Numbered from the stretch's first letter, positions 10,880 to 21,561 are shown. The stretch is 64,000 nt of DNA from Coleofasciculus chthonoplastes F2-STO-03 (GCA_040222015.1 JAVJWO010000049.1:1-64000); one strand, 5' to 3'. Notes: generated from the sequence alone by a model not told the origin. Program-made: numbers and translations.

Positions 10880-11059
10880 CTGCAACTGCTCACACATCTA
10901 ACCCAAGAACTGCGAACTCCATTAACTTCAATTATGGGCATGGCTTGTGTTCTCAATCGCCAAATTTATGGTGAACTCACTGACAAACAGAAAGAATATT
11001 TAGAAATTATCCATCAAAGTGGTCAGCCGATCGCTATATCATCAGTTTGCCTAAGTTAG
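10880..11059 (+). pseudogene. Histidine kinase HisKA-domain fragment
   Basis: Manual translation LQLLTHLTQELRTPLTSIMGMACVLNRQIYGELTDKQKEYLEIIHQSGQ; stop immediately upstream, no ATPase domain. Confidence 0.7.
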
Positions 11060-11088
11060 ATCCGTAGCCCGGTTGTGACGAAACTTCT

Positions 11089-11217
11089 GTAGGGGCGACC
11101 CGCTTGCACTAATCAACAACTGTGTCCACTCAATTGACTCTGGTCGCCCTTCAGTCGGGGCGGGTTTAGTCGCATCTTTTGTGAAACCGAAACGATAATA
11201 GTGAAACCCGCCCCTAC
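11089..11217. repeat. Two GTAGGGGCG-type REP/REPIN-like units
   Basis: GTAGGGGCGACC...GGTCGCCC and GGGGCGGGTTT...AAACCCGCCCCTAC; relatives at 16344, 38860 and 49767. Confidence 0.7.
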
Positions 11218-11289
11218 ACCAGCGTCAAATTGTTCCATTCGAGAAATCTTGATTACTATTAAGTCTGGGAAGTTAAATTAGGTAACGCC

Positions 11290-13551
11290 ATGACAATAAC
11301 CATTTCCCCAGACCAAATCGACCGGATTGTGAGCAATCGACACCATGATCCGTTTGAAATCCTTGGGTCTCATCCCATTGAACGGGATGGTAAAACAAGC
11401 TGGGTTGTGCGGGCTTACCTGCCGAAAGCCGATGCCGCTTGGGTGATTCGTCCCACCGAACGGGAAGAATACCCAATGCAGGCTGTCAGTCATCCTCATT
11501 TATTTGAATGTGAGATTGATATACCCGAGTTAGCCAACTATCAACTGCGGATCAAAGAAGGCGAACATGAACGGGTAGTCTATGATCCCTACGCCTTTCG
11601 CTCGCCGCGTTTGACGGATTTTGATACTCACCTATTTGCCGAAGGAAATCATCATCGCATTTACGAAAAATTAGGCGCTCACCCCACTGAATTTAATGGC
11701 GTCCAAGGGGTTCACTTTGCAGTCTGGGCACCGAACGCCCGTAATGTTTCCGTTATCGGTGATTTCAATAACTGGGATGGACGCGAACATCAGATGCGCC
11801 AACTTGGGAACGGGATTTGGCAACTGTTTATCCCGGAAATTGGCGTCGGAGAACACTATAAGTACGAAGTAAAAAACCACGTCGGACATATCTATCACAA
11901 GTCCGACCCCTACGGCTTTGAGCAAGAAATTAGACCCCAAACCGCGTCAATTGTCAATAGCCTAGACTACACTTGGCACGACGAAGACTGGCTAGAACGC
12001 CGTCGCCATACTGACCCCCAAGAACAACCCATTTCTGTGTATGAGGTTCACTTGGGTTCATGGTTGCATGAGAGTGCCGAGACTCCACCCGAATTACCCG
12101 ATGGGGAAACTCGCCCTGTGGTGAAAGTCTCCCAGAAACCCGAGGGACGCTTCCTTACCTATCGGGAATTAGCCGAACGACTGATTCCTTATGTCAAAGA
12201 ACTGGGATTCACCCACGTCGAACTCCTCCCCGTTGCCGAACACCCTTATGATGGGTCTTGGGGGTATCAGGTGGCAGGATACTACACCTGCACCTCCCGG
12301 TATGGGACTCCCCAAGATTTAATGTATTTCATCGACCAATGTCACCAAAATGATATTGGCGTGATTGTGGATTGGGTTCCCGGTCATTTTCCCAAAGACA
12401 GGCATGGGTTAGCCTTCTTTGATGGTACTCACCTGTACGAACACGCTGATCCTCGCAAAGGGGAACATAAGGAATGGGGAACCTTAGTCTTCAACTATGC
12501 CCGGAATGAAGTTCGCAACTTTCTGATAGCCAACGCCCTATTTTGGTTTGACCGATATCATATTGACGGGATTCGCGTGGATGCGGTGGCATCTATGCTG
12601 TATCTGGACTACGATCGCAAAGATGGGGAATGGATTCCCAATCAGTACGGGGGCAACGAAAACCTAGAAGCCGCCGACTTTTTGCGCTATCTGAATTATC
12701 AGATATTCGGCTACTATCCCGGCATCCTCTCCATTGCCGAAGAATCCACCGCTTGGCCCCTCGTCTCTCGTCCCACCTATTTAGGCGGCTTAGGCTTCAG
12801 CTTCAAGTGGAACATGGGCTGGATGCACGATATGCTGGACTATTTTGCTAAAGATCCCCTATATCGTCCCTACCACCAAAATAGCGTCACCTTCAGCATC
12901 ATGTACGCCTTCAGCGAAAACTTCATGCTGGCGCTATCCCATGATGAAGTTGTCCACGGGAAAGGCAACCTGCTGAATAAAATGCCAGGAGATGACTGGC
13001 AGAAATTTGCCAATCTCCGCTGCTTATACGCCTACATGTACACCCATCCCGGCAAGAAAACCCTATTTATGGGCATGGAATTTGGGCAACGGAATGAGTG
13101 GAATGCTTGGGCAGACTTAGATTGGGGCGCGTTGCAACATACACCCCACCAACAACTGAAGCGGTTTATGGCGGATTTGAATCACCTTTACCAAAATGAA
13201 CCCGCCCTCTATAGCCAAGACTTCTCTCATGAAGGGTTTGAGTGGATTGACTGTAACGATGCTGACAATAGTGTCGTCTCCTTTATTCGCAAAGCAAAAG
13301 ACTCGGATGACTTTATCGTCACTGTCTGTAACTTTACCCCTCAACCCCATGCCAACTATTGGGTAGGTGTTCCCGAACCCGGTTTCTATGCTGAAATCTT
13401 GAACAGCGATGCTGGAGATTACGGCGGTAGCAATATAGGGAATATGGGGGGTCGCTGGACAGGGGAATGGTCTCATCCTCGCTGGTCTCATTACCTTGAT
13501 TTATGCCTACCTCCCTTGGGCGTTTTGATGCTGAAATTGAAGTCACAATAG
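11290..13551 (+). CDS. glgB: 1,4-alpha-glucan branching enzyme
   Basis: FAVWAPNA, SWGYQ, DGIRVDAVASM and LSHDEVVHGK motifs. Confidence 0.97.
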   Translation: MTITISPDQIDRIVSNRHHDPFEILGSHPIERDGKTSWVVRAYLPKADAAWVIRPTEREEYPMQAVSHPHLFECEIDIPELANYQLRIKEGEHERVVYDPYAFRSPRLTDFDTHLFAEGNHHRIYEKLGAHPTEFNGVQGVHFAVWAPNARNVSVIGDFNNWDGREHQMRQLGNGIWQLFIPEIGVGEHYKYEVKNHVGHIYHKSDPYGFEQEIRPQTASIVNSLDYTWHDEDWLERRRHTDPQEQPISVYEVHLGSWLHESAETPPELPDGETRPVVKVSQKPEGRFLTYRELAERLIPYVKELGFTHVELLPVAEHPYDGSWGYQVAGYYTCTSRYGTPQDLMYFIDQCHQNDIGVIVDWVPGHFPKDRHGLAFFDGTHLYEHADPRKGEHKEWGTLVFNYARNEVRNFLIANALFWFDRYHIDGIRVDAVASMLYLDYDRKDGEWIPNQYGGNENLEAADFLRYLNYQIFGYYPGILSIAEESTAWPLVSRPTYLGGLGFSFKWNMGWMHDMLDYFAKDPLYRPYHQNSVTFSIMYAFSENFMLALSHDEVVHGKGNLLNKMPGDDWQKFANLRCLYAYMYTHPGKKTLFMGMEFGQRNEWNAWADLDWGALQHTPHQQLKRFMADLNHLYQNEPALYSQDFSHEGFEWIDCNDADNSVVSFIRKAKDSDDFIVTVCNFTPQPHANYWVGVPEPGFYAEILNSDAGDYGGSNIGNMGGRWTGEWSHPRWSHYLDLCLPPLGVLMLKLKSQ

Positions 13552-13664
13552 TTCATAGTTCATCGTTCATTGTGACAGCATCCCATTGCCCGTAAAAATA
13601 GGAGAAGTTCGCGAACATAATTAGCAGACAGTGGGCGCACAGCCATGCATCCTTACCCCAAAAC

Positions 13665-13704
13665 CCTCTGCGCCCCTCTGCGCGAACCTCTGCGTCCCTC
13701 TGCG
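13665..13704. repeat. Short repeat CCTCTGCG x4
   Basis: Seen directly. Confidence 0.75.
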
Positions 13705-13770
13705 TTGAAAAAATCTGCCACCGCTTACGGGACAAAAACGAATCTTTTGTTGATTAACTACCAGAGAAAC

Positions 13771-16302
13771 ATGACAAAAACCGCAACCAAAAGAACACCC
13801 ATAACCTTAATCACCGACGAAACCCAAAAAATCCTCGATTGGGCAGATAGCGTTCAACAATCCGACGACACAATCTTCAACAAAGCCAAAACATTAGCCA
13901 CCCGCCTCGGTGCCCATTACCGTGCCGATGGACTCACAGAAATAGGCTTCTGGGCACCCGAACTCGCCGCAGATATGTTCCAACCCAAGAACATTTATCT
14001 GGAAGTTCTCACCCCGCTTAACAAAATTGACCCCACCTTACCCAACCAAAAGGTCAAAGTTCATCGGGAACACCTCCAACTGGAAAAACAAGGCGAATAT
14101 TTCTGGGGCGTCGTTTCCGGAATGCGTCCCGGAACCAAAGACCAAATGGGTTCCTTCTATTGGCTAAAATACTTAGATTTCCAGAATGAAATCCAAACCA
14201 TTAGCGATGTTTTAGCCTATTCCTTACCTTATGGCGTCTACGCCCCCGCCGAACTCTATGACCTAAATCAGTTACAAGAAAAACGCAGCGACTTGGAGTA
14301 TCTAGGTCAAGGGGACGCCGATGAATCAGGGATAATTAGCGTTCATCCACCGCGTAATATTTTACAGATTCATATCACCACCGCCGCTAAAGAAGGGACG
14401 CTGGCAGGATTAACCCGCATCTATCAACGGATTGCGGAAAAAATCAACGCCAATGACGCTTTAACCCCAGCCGAACAATGTTACATCGGCTATGATGCGG
14501 TGCAACTTCTCCCCATTGAACCCACGGTAGAATATCGGATGGAACATGATTTGGGGCAAGGGTTTTTTATCTTCAATGAAGATGACCTAGACGAAATCGA
14601 CCCGGAAACCGAACAGGTGGATTACGAAACCGAGGATATTAAAATCACCCTGAAAAAACCGGATATCCAAAACTGGGGCTATGATATCGTTATCTTTGGG
14701 TCTTCAGCAACGAATCCCTCCGTCCTAGAAACCCTGCGTCCGGATGAATTAGTGGAGTTTATTAGTACCCTGCACACCTTCCCCACGGGTCCAATCCAAG
14801 TCATCTTTGATATTGTGTATGGTCATGGGGATAACCAGGCGTTAGATGTCCTGAATGGGCGCTTCCTGAAAGGACCGAATATGTACGGTCAAGATGTGAA
14901 CCATCAAAACCCTGTTGTGCGGGCAATTTTGTTAGAAATGCAGCGGCGGAAAAATAATTTTGGGGTGGATGGGATTCGCGTGGATGGCGCACAGGATTTT
15001 AAGTTTTTTAATCCTCTATCGGGGCGAGTCGAATATGATGATGCCTATCTGAAAGATATGGGGGAAGTCGTGCAAGACATTGGGTCGCACCAGCGGCGAC
15101 TCTTTGCTATTTTTGAGGATGGACGCCCGTGGCCCGCTGAAGGGTGGGAAGAGATTTCCACTTATCGAGATATTGTTGAATTTATGCCCGATGCGTTTCA
15201 GTGGAGTCCCTTAATTTTTGCCCACAATACCCCCGGTTTGCAGAAGTTTTGGGATAAGAAATGGCGTCGGGTTTGTGAGGTGATGCAGGTTGGTGAAAAC
15301 TGGATTACCGGGTGTGGAAACCATGACACGTTACGTCGAGGAACGCAAGTCGAACCCGGATTACCAATTAATTGGAATTTGGGTAAAAGTTTACCGGAAG
15401 TGTTGAATACGGCGTATAATAATCCAGCCGTAACGTTATGGGTGTATGGGTTTAGTCCCGGTTTACCAATGGACTTTATTAACTGCACCATGGAAGCAGC
15501 CTGGGGCTTTTTCCGCAATACCGATGATCGCTATGGGGTGAAAGTAGCAGCGGAAGAAGCGGGATTTTTGGATTGGCAGGTGGAAAAGTATGTTTATAAT
15601 GACCAAGACCATATTTTTCCCCGACTCAAGCAAATGGGGTTCCGTAAGATTGATGAATTACGTCAGTTTATGCGCGGACTTTATGACGCCATTGAAGAAA
15701 CGAATTACGATTTAGAAGAAGTGGCAAGTTTATGTCAGCGTTATCTGGGGGCGGAGTCGGAGAAAGAGGAAGTTAAACAGGAAGCAACGCAGCGGAAATC
15801 AGCGGCGCAATTACAGAAGCTGAATGTACCGGAAAAATCCCAGGTGTTGACGGAGTTGGATGTCGGAAAGCTGAAGGTATTTGCCAGGGCGTTTATGGAA
15901 GATATGCACCAAGCTTGTAATGTGTGGAATTATGAGGAGTATTTGGTGCCAGAATTAGCGGCGTTTAATTTAGCGTTGCGTCGTTTCCGTCATGATCATC
16001 CTTGGTTGCGCCATAATTTATCGAGGTTGGATCGGTTTAATCGAATTAGTGAGGATAACTACACCCTTTTCTATGGCTTACGGAGTCAACCCACGGAGGA
16101 GGGGGCGAGTGAAACGCCGTATCAGATGGCGATGGTGTCTCACATGGGTGGTGATCCAATTACGGTGACGCTGGGAGACTGGCTGCAACTGGATTTGGAC
16201 GAATGGCAGATTGCGATCGCGTCTCCGGGATTGGAGGTGAGTGATCTGCGATCGTTTGAGTTGCGAGACACCCAGGCGCTGCTATTAGAACGAGTGGGTT
16301 AA
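13771..16302 (+). CDS. gghA: Glucosylglycerol hydrolase (Slr1670-like, GH13-related)
   Basis: RLGAHYR, NWGYD, GIRVDGAQDF, FEDGRPWP and GNHDT motifs; start placed at ATG 13771 because the upstream extension runs through a repeat. Confidence 0.8.
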   Translation: MTKTATKRTPITLITDETQKILDWADSVQQSDDTIFNKAKTLATRLGAHYRADGLTEIGFWAPELAADMFQPKNIYLEVLTPLNKIDPTLPNQKVKVHREHLQLEKQGEYFWGVVSGMRPGTKDQMGSFYWLKYLDFQNEIQTISDVLAYSLPYGVYAPAELYDLNQLQEKRSDLEYLGQGDADESGIISVHPPRNILQIHITTAAKEGTLAGLTRIYQRIAEKINANDALTPAEQCYIGYDAVQLLPIEPTVEYRMEHDLGQGFFIFNEDDLDEIDPETEQVDYETEDIKITLKKPDIQNWGYDIVIFGSSATNPSVLETLRPDELVEFISTLHTFPTGPIQVIFDIVYGHGDNQALDVLNGRFLKGPNMYGQDVNHQNPVVRAILLEMQRRKNNFGVDGIRVDGAQDFKFFNPLSGRVEYDDAYLKDMGEVVQDIGSHQRRLFAIFEDGRPWPAEGWEEISTYRDIVEFMPDAFQWSPLIFAHNTPGLQKFWDKKWRRVCEVMQVGENWITGCGNHDTLRRGTQVEPGLPINWNLGKSLPEVLNTAYNNPAVTLWVYGFSPGLPMDFINCTMEAAWGFFRNTDDRYGVKVAAEEAGFLDWQVEKYVYNDQDHIFPRLKQMGFRKIDELRQFMRGLYDAIEETNYDLEEVASLCQRYLGAESEKEEVKQEATQRKSAAQLQKLNVPEKSQVLTELDVGKLKVFARAFMEDMHQACNVWNYEEYLVPELAAFNLALRRFRHDHPWLRHNLSRLDRFNRISEDNYTLFYGLRSQPTEEGASETPYQMAMVSHMGGDPITVTLGDWLQLDLDEWQIAIASPGLEVSDLRSFELRDTQALLLERVG

Positions 16303-16343
16303 GGGAACTTTCTGTCGTATCCACGAAACGTGCCAGAAGTAAA

Positions 16344-16403
16344 GGGCAACCCGATAAAATTAGATAGATGCCGTTTTCATTGGTGCAAGCGGGTTGCCCC
16401 TAC
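16344..16403. repeat. REPIN-like inverted repeat
   Basis: GGGCAACCCG...CGGGTTGCCCCTAC. Confidence 0.65.
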
Positions 16404-16532
16404 AGAAGCAGGGGGTATTCACTTCATCTGGAGTAAGCTGATTGAATGATGTATAACTCAGGGTTTTAACCACGCATCGCTTTTAGGTGCGATCGCGTGC
16501 TAATTCGTAACTAATCAACCGATCACGACTCT

Positions 16533-17927
16533 ATGACTTCAGCTTGGCAACAGGTTACTCTATCCAATTTACGTTTCTATCAGTGGCGCAGCGCTAGCTA
16601 TTTATATCGCGTCGTAGGATTGCTGCAAGCTTGGCGGCGGGGGAGTTGGCTGCTTCAGTGGGCGGAACCCTTGGGCGCGTTGCTTGTGGCGATTGTGTTT
16701 GCGGTTGCGCCCTTTGTCTCTACTGCCCTCATCGGGGTGTTGTTAATTGCTTGTGCGGGGTTTTGGCTACTGCTGACTGTATCGGATGAGAGAGAACGCC
16801 CTCAGGTGACACCGATTCATCTGTTGGTTTTACTGTATTGGTCAATTGCCACCGTTGCCACAGCCATGTCCCCGGTGAAAGTGGCAGCCCGTCAGGGGTT
16901 GGTGAAACTGACGCTATACTTATTACTCTTTGCGTTAATGGCACGGGTACTCAGGTCAACCCGTCTGCGTTCGTGGGTAATCGGCGTTTTCCTGCATATT
17001 TCGTTAATTGTTAGCGTTTACGGGATACGACAGTGGTTTTTTGGCGCAGAAGCGTTGGCAACCTGGACTGATACTAATTCGGCGTCTGCGGATTTGACAC
17101 GGGTTTATAGCTATTTGGGGAATCCGAATCTATTAGCGGGTTATTTGATTCCGGCTGTGGCGTTGAGTTTAGCGGCGGTGTTTGCTTGGACGAGATGGCT
17201 TCCAAAAGCGTTAGCTTTAACCATGTTTGTGGTGAATTCCGCTTGTCTGGTTCTTACGTTTAGTCGCGGCGGCTGGATTGGTTTTGTCGCCTGTCTGTTT
17301 GTCTTCTCCGTTCTTGTCGTGTATTGGTATAGTCTCCAATTACCACAAAAATGGCGTCCTTGGGCAATGCCTGCGATGCTGGGAAGTTGTGCGGCGGTAA
17401 TTATTCTGGCGGTGCTATTTGTTGAACCGGTACGAGTGCGAGTGGCAAGTATTTTTGTAGGGCGGGAAGATAGTAGTAATAACTTCCGGATGAATGTATG
17501 GGCGGCGGTGATTGATATGATTCGCGATCGCCCGATTATTGGTATTGGTCCGGGAAACAATGCGTTTAATCAGATCTATCCCTTGTACCAACGTCCCAAA
17601 TATACCGCGTTGAGTGCCTATTCTATCTTTTTGGAAGTGGCGGTTGAAACGGGTTTTATTGGCTTGTTTTGCTTTCTCTGGCTACTCGTGGTTACGGTGA
17701 ATCGTGGGATACAACAGATTAACCGACTCCGCGCCCTGGGGAATCCTCAAGGCTTTTGGTTAATTGCCGCGATCGCAACCATGGCGGGAATGCTGTCTCA
17801 TGGTTTAGTGGACACGGTTTGGTATCGTCCTCAAGTGAGTACAGTATGGTGGTTGATGGTGGCGATTATTGCCAGTTATTATCTGCCGCCTCAAGCGGAT
17901 ACCTCAACGGCTGTGCAGGATAGCTAG
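16533..17927 (+). CDS. ictB: IctB family membrane protein (O-antigen ligase-like)
   Basis: RVYSYLGNPNLLAGY, REDSSNNFRMNVW and DTVWYRP motifs. Confidence 0.93.
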   Translation: MTSAWQQVTLSNLRFYQWRSASYLYRVVGLLQAWRRGSWLLQWAEPLGALLVAIVFAVAPFVSTALIGVLLIACAGFWLLLTVSDERERPQVTPIHLLVLLYWSIATVATAMSPVKVAARQGLVKLTLYLLLFALMARVLRSTRLRSWVIGVFLHISLIVSVYGIRQWFFGAEALATWTDTNSASADLTRVYSYLGNPNLLAGYLIPAVALSLAAVFAWTRWLPKALALTMFVVNSACLVLTFSRGGWIGFVACLFVFSVLVVYWYSLQLPQKWRPWAMPAMLGSCAAVIILAVLFVEPVRVRVASIFVGREDSSNNFRMNVWAAVIDMIRDRPIIGIGPGNNAFNQIYPLYQRPKYTALSAYSIFLEVAVETGFIGLFCFLWLLVVTVNRGIQQINRLRALGNPQGFWLIAAIATMAGMLSHGLVDTVWYRPQVSTVWWLMVAIIASYYLPPQADTSTAVQDS

Positions 17928-17966
17928 TACCCACATTCCGCACTTCACAATGTAATACGTGATCAA

Positions 17967-18040
17967 GTTATCGGTTTTCCCCGATCAAGATGTAGAGACG
18001 CGCCATGGCGCGTCTCTACATCTTCTTCATCCTGGATAAA
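17967..18040. repeat. Degenerate copy of the RAYT 5'/REP region plus 18 nt of the chlH 3' region
   Basis: 17967-18020 matches 28937-28990; 18023-18040 is identical to 29172-29189. Confidence 0.75.
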
Positions 18041-18093
18041 GAACGTGTAACCATGTTTTATAATGAGGGAATCAAAGTTGCTGAAAAATAGGG

Positions 18094-19167
18094 ATGGAAA
18101 AACTTAAATTTATTGATTTATTTGCTGGAATCGGTGGATTTAGAATTGCTTTTGAAAGAACTGACTATAAATGTGTATATTCTTGTGAAATTGATCCCAA
18201 ATGTCAGGAAGTATATTTTAAGAATTTTTCAGATAAACCCGCAGGTGATATTAGGGAAATAGACATTAATAGTATTCCTGACTTTGATGTTTTAACGGCG
18301 GGGTTTCCTTGTCAGCCTTTTAGTATATGTGGTAAAAGAAAAGGTTTTCAGGATACACGAGGTACATTGTTTTTTCGCATTTGTGAAATAATTGCAGCCA
18401 AAAAACCTCCAGTTATTATACTGGAAAATGTAAAACATTTAATGCATCAAGATAAAGGTAGAACGCTAAAGGTGATTTTGTACTCTTTAGAAGATTTGGG
18501 ATATAAAGTCAATTATAGCCTGTTGAATTCTAAAGATTTTGGAGTACCCCAAAACCGGGAAAGAATAATTATTGTTGCTACCAAGAACAAAGAATTTAAT
18601 TTTAATAAATTGAAAACAATAAATTCTATAGCAAAATTAAGGAATTTTTTATCCAATTCTGATAATTTTGAATATTTAGAGCCGGACAGCTATACCTTAA
18701 TAGATCAACCCAAACAACAGCAATCTGGATTAATTTTCGTAGGATATCGGAATAATAAGAGTATTTGGAAAAAAGGAGTTAGACCTAATACTCATCATTT
18801 ATCTAGGGTTCACCATCAACCCAATAGAATTTATTCAGTAGAAGGCATACATCCTACAATACCTTCTCAAGAGACATCGGGGCGATTCTTTATTTATCTT
18901 CCTGAAGAAAATGCCGTTCGCAAATTGACGATTAAAGAATGTTATAGGATTATGGGATTTCCAGAGAATTTTAAACTCCACGGAAATTTAGGAGAATGTT
19001 ACAAGCAAGTGGGAAACTCGGTTTGCATTCCTATGGTTTCTGAAATTGCTCATCAATTAAAAGAACAAATATTTCTTGGTAGTCAGGAAGAAGAGAATGA
19101 TCATAATTTTATAGCTGAAAAGGAAGAAAAGTTTATTCAATTACAAATACCAGGATTACGGTTATGA
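18094..19167 (+). CDS. DNA (cytosine-5) methyltransferase, type II R-M
   Basis: FAGIGG, GFPCQPFS, ENV, QNRER and QVGNSV motifs. Confidence 0.96.
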   Translation: MEKLKFIDLFAGIGGFRIAFERTDYKCVYSCEIDPKCQEVYFKNFSDKPAGDIREIDINSIPDFDVLTAGFPCQPFSICGKRKGFQDTRGTLFFRICEIIAAKKPPVIILENVKHLMHQDKGRTLKVILYSLEDLGYKVNYSLLNSKDFGVPQNRERIIIVATKNKEFNFNKLKTINSIAKLRNFLSNSDNFEYLEPDSYTLIDQPKQQQSGLIFVGYRNNKSIWKKGVRPNTHHLSRVHHQPNRIYSVEGIHPTIPSQETSGRFFIYLPEENAVRKLTIKECYRIMGFPENFKLHGNLGECYKQVGNSVCIPMVSEIAHQLKEQIFLGSQEEENDHNFIAEKEEKFIQLQIPGLRL

Positions 19168-20297
19168 ATCACAAAGAAAAGTTATTACAGGTTTATAAAC
19201 AAGCTACCAATGCTGAAGATATTCAATGTGAAATACCAGATAATTACAAAGACTTTATTTCCAAGATTGCCAACAACTGTACTCGATTAAAAGGAGTTTA
19301 TACAGTTTTAATAACTTTGTTAGTACATAAAACTCTTAACCCAGACCAAGATATTAGATTTCATCAAGCCCAAATAGGAGGTTTTTCAGGTAGAAATATA
19401 GATAAACAGTATATTACTCCTACTTTACAAGAGTTAGGGCTTCCTGCAATGGCTGAAAGTGGCTGGTTAACCCGCTCCCTTGAACAACCTAAACCTTACA
19501 CTCTTGATTACCCTGGGAAAATCGGCAATAAATCAGTTAAAGAAGCATTTCTAAATCTTATAGATTGGGTTCAAAAAAATCCTGACAAAGCAGAGTTAGC
19601 ATTGAGAATACTTTTAGGGCAAGTTATTCAAAATACAAATTTCACTAAAATTAAGATTACTAAAATAGAAAATAATGCAAGGCTTAATATTAAACTTATA
19701 GTAGATGGTTTAGAAGAGCATTTTAATTTTAATTATAAAACTCATGGAGCATCTAAACTTCCAGTTCTTGCGTTCTATGCTATTTATCAAATTTTGATTG
19801 AAGAAGTTGAACGATATAAATTATGTACCTTAAAAAAGTTAGCTAGTCATACAGCTTCCGATCTAACGTCTAGAAGTGCAGGTGATATTGAAGTATTTGA
19901 TGAAAACAATAAGTTATTTGAAGCTGTTGAAATTAAACAAGGCAAGAAAATTGATATTCAAATAATTCGTATAGTTAAAGAAAAGATAGTGAAATACCAC
20001 CCACAAAGATACTGTATTTTTTCATCATCTGATATTGAGAATTCAGATGCTGAATTAATTGACATAGAAATTAGTGGAATAGATAAAAATCATGGCTGCC
20101 AAATAATTATTAACGGAACCATACCTACCTTGAAGTATTATTTAAGATTAATAAGTTCACTAGATAATTTTATCAATAAATATTCCATATTGATAGAATC
20201 AGATTCTGAGCTTCAAATTGATCATAAGATTAAGTGGAATGAAATATTATCTGAACATTTTGGTATCTATTACGGGGATCAGAAAATAGGCGACTGA
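19164..20297 (+). CDS. Putative type II restriction endonuclease
   Basis: 4-bp overlap with the MTase, AT-rich, PD-(D/E)XK-like GDIEV...EAVEIK. Confidence 0.75.
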   Translation: MNHKEKLLQVYKQATNAEDIQCEIPDNYKDFISKIANNCTRLKGVYTVLITLLVHKTLNPDQDIRFHQAQIGGFSGRNIDKQYITPTLQELGLPAMAESGWLTRSLEQPKPYTLDYPGKIGNKSVKEAFLNLIDWVQKNPDKAELALRILLGQVIQNTNFTKIKITKIENNARLNIKLIVDGLEEHFNFNYKTHGASKLPVLAFYAIYQILIEEVERYKLCTLKKLASHTASDLTSRSAGDIEVFDENNKLFEAVEIKQGKKIDIQIIRIVKEKIVKYHPQRYCIFSSSDIENSDAELIDIEISGIDKNHGCQIIINGTIPTLKYYLRLISSLDNFINKYSILIESDSELQIDHKIKWNEILSEHFGIYYGDQKIGD

Positions 20298-20452
20298 TAT
20301 CATGGACACACGAGAAAGGGCGCAAGCCTTGCGCCCCTACTGTCGAACCTGGAAAGATCGCATCCACTGAAAGTAAGCGCGATCGCACTTCGGGAAAGTA
20401 TAGATGCGATCGCGTTACAATAGCAGCAGGTTAATCCAAAGCTGATTTGAGT

Positions 20453-20710
20453 ATGCCAATTACATTGCCACCAGAACTGGAACAGTTTATCAACAATCAG
20501 GTTGCTAGCGGCAAGTATGCCTCTACTGATGAAGTCTTCTTGGCTGGTATTAAGCTGCTACAGGAACGAGAAAATCTTTATAAAGGACGATTTGAGGAAT
20601 TACGCCGCGAGATTATGGTGGGGGTTAAAGAGGCTGAACGAGGCGAATTGTTAGACGCAGAAACCGTTATAATTGGGCTGCAAGAGAAATTGCAACAGCG
20701 TCGCGCTTAG
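20453..20710 (+). CDS. ParD-like ribbon-helix-helix antitoxin
   Basis: ITLPPELEQFI...VASGKYAS. Confidence 0.88.
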   Translation: MPITLPPELEQFINNQVASGKYASTDEVFLAGIKLLQERENLYKGRFEELRREIMVGVKEAERGELLDAETVIIGLQEKLQQRRA

Positions 20711-20718
20711 GCTAATTG

Positions 20719-21030
20719 ATGAGCAATGTTTGCCGAATTACACCGACAGCAAGCCGAGATATAGAGAGTATTATGGACTATCTCGCCCAGAGAGGAAGTA
20801 TTGAAACGGCAGAGCGTTTTCTTGAGAAGATTGACACGAAGTTCAAAATGCTATCTCAGTTCCCCCGAATGGGACGTCAACGAGATGAACTCTATCCTGG
20901 CTTGCGGAGTGTACCGTTAGAGGATTATCTAATTTTTTATCGTCTGGTTCCAAATGGAATCGACGTGATGCGGGTAGTGGGCGGTTATCGCGATCTGGAG
21001 GCGCTGTTTGTGGAAGATGATCAAGACTAA
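20719..21030 (+). CDS. ParE/RelE family toxin
   Basis: ASRDIESI, FPRMGRQR, YLIFY, VMRVV and RDL motifs. Confidence 0.9.
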   Translation: MSNVCRITPTASRDIESIMDYLAQRGSIETAERFLEKIDTKFKMLSQFPRMGRQRDELYPGLRSVPLEDYLIFYRLVPNGIDVMRVVGGYRDLEALFVEDDQD

Positions 21031-21081
21031 GCGATCGCATACATCAACACAGAAACGCGATCGCACTTCAGTCTTTATCAA

Positions 21082-21150
21082 TTAAGCGAACATCAAGCAA
21101 CCTTTGGGTTCAGGAATCGGACGCCCTAACTCGTTGGCGGTTTCAATAAA
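21082..21150 (-). pseudogene. HicB-like antitoxin C-terminal remnant
   Basis: Manual translation FIETANELGRPIPEPKGCLMFA*. Confidence 0.65.
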
Positions 21151-21186
21151 TTATTTCTTATTTTTAGATTATTTAATCATTGTAAA

Positions 21187-21488
21187 TTACATCCACAAAT
21201 TTGCTGGATTGTCTTTGTCATCTTCCCATTTAGCCGGATTGTTGATAATATAGTCTCGAATTCGGTCTAATGATCCATCAGCGCGAATGATGTGGTCATA
21301 AAATCGCGTTTGCCAACCAAAAGATGAATAATTATTCCTTTTACACCACTGACTAACTGCTGCTTTGTATGATCGAATTATGGCACCCAGAGAACCTGCT
21401 TTCGGAGACATTTGTGATCTTGCGCGATAGAACTCGGTGTCGCTACGGAATGTAGAGACGCGCCATGGCGCGTCTCTACAATGGTCAT
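21187..21488 (-). pseudogene. RAYT transposase remnant lacking the HUH half
   Basis: C-terminus nearly identical to the 28351 gene; MTIVETRHGASL/REP start joined out of frame. Confidence 0.85.
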
Positions 21489-21561
21489 GTCACTTTCACC
21501 CTAATGCTTTTAGTGATGTGCGTTTTACATTTAATTCGTCCCACCTACTTAGCTGATCTGA

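Noticed and set aside
13645..13770. N-terminal extension of gghA
   Set aside because: Translates a CCTCTGCG repeat; ATG 13771 is the more plausible start
18094..20297. Assigning a recognition sequence to the type II R-M pair
   Set aside because: Cannot be read reliably by eye; needs REBASE comparison or a methylome
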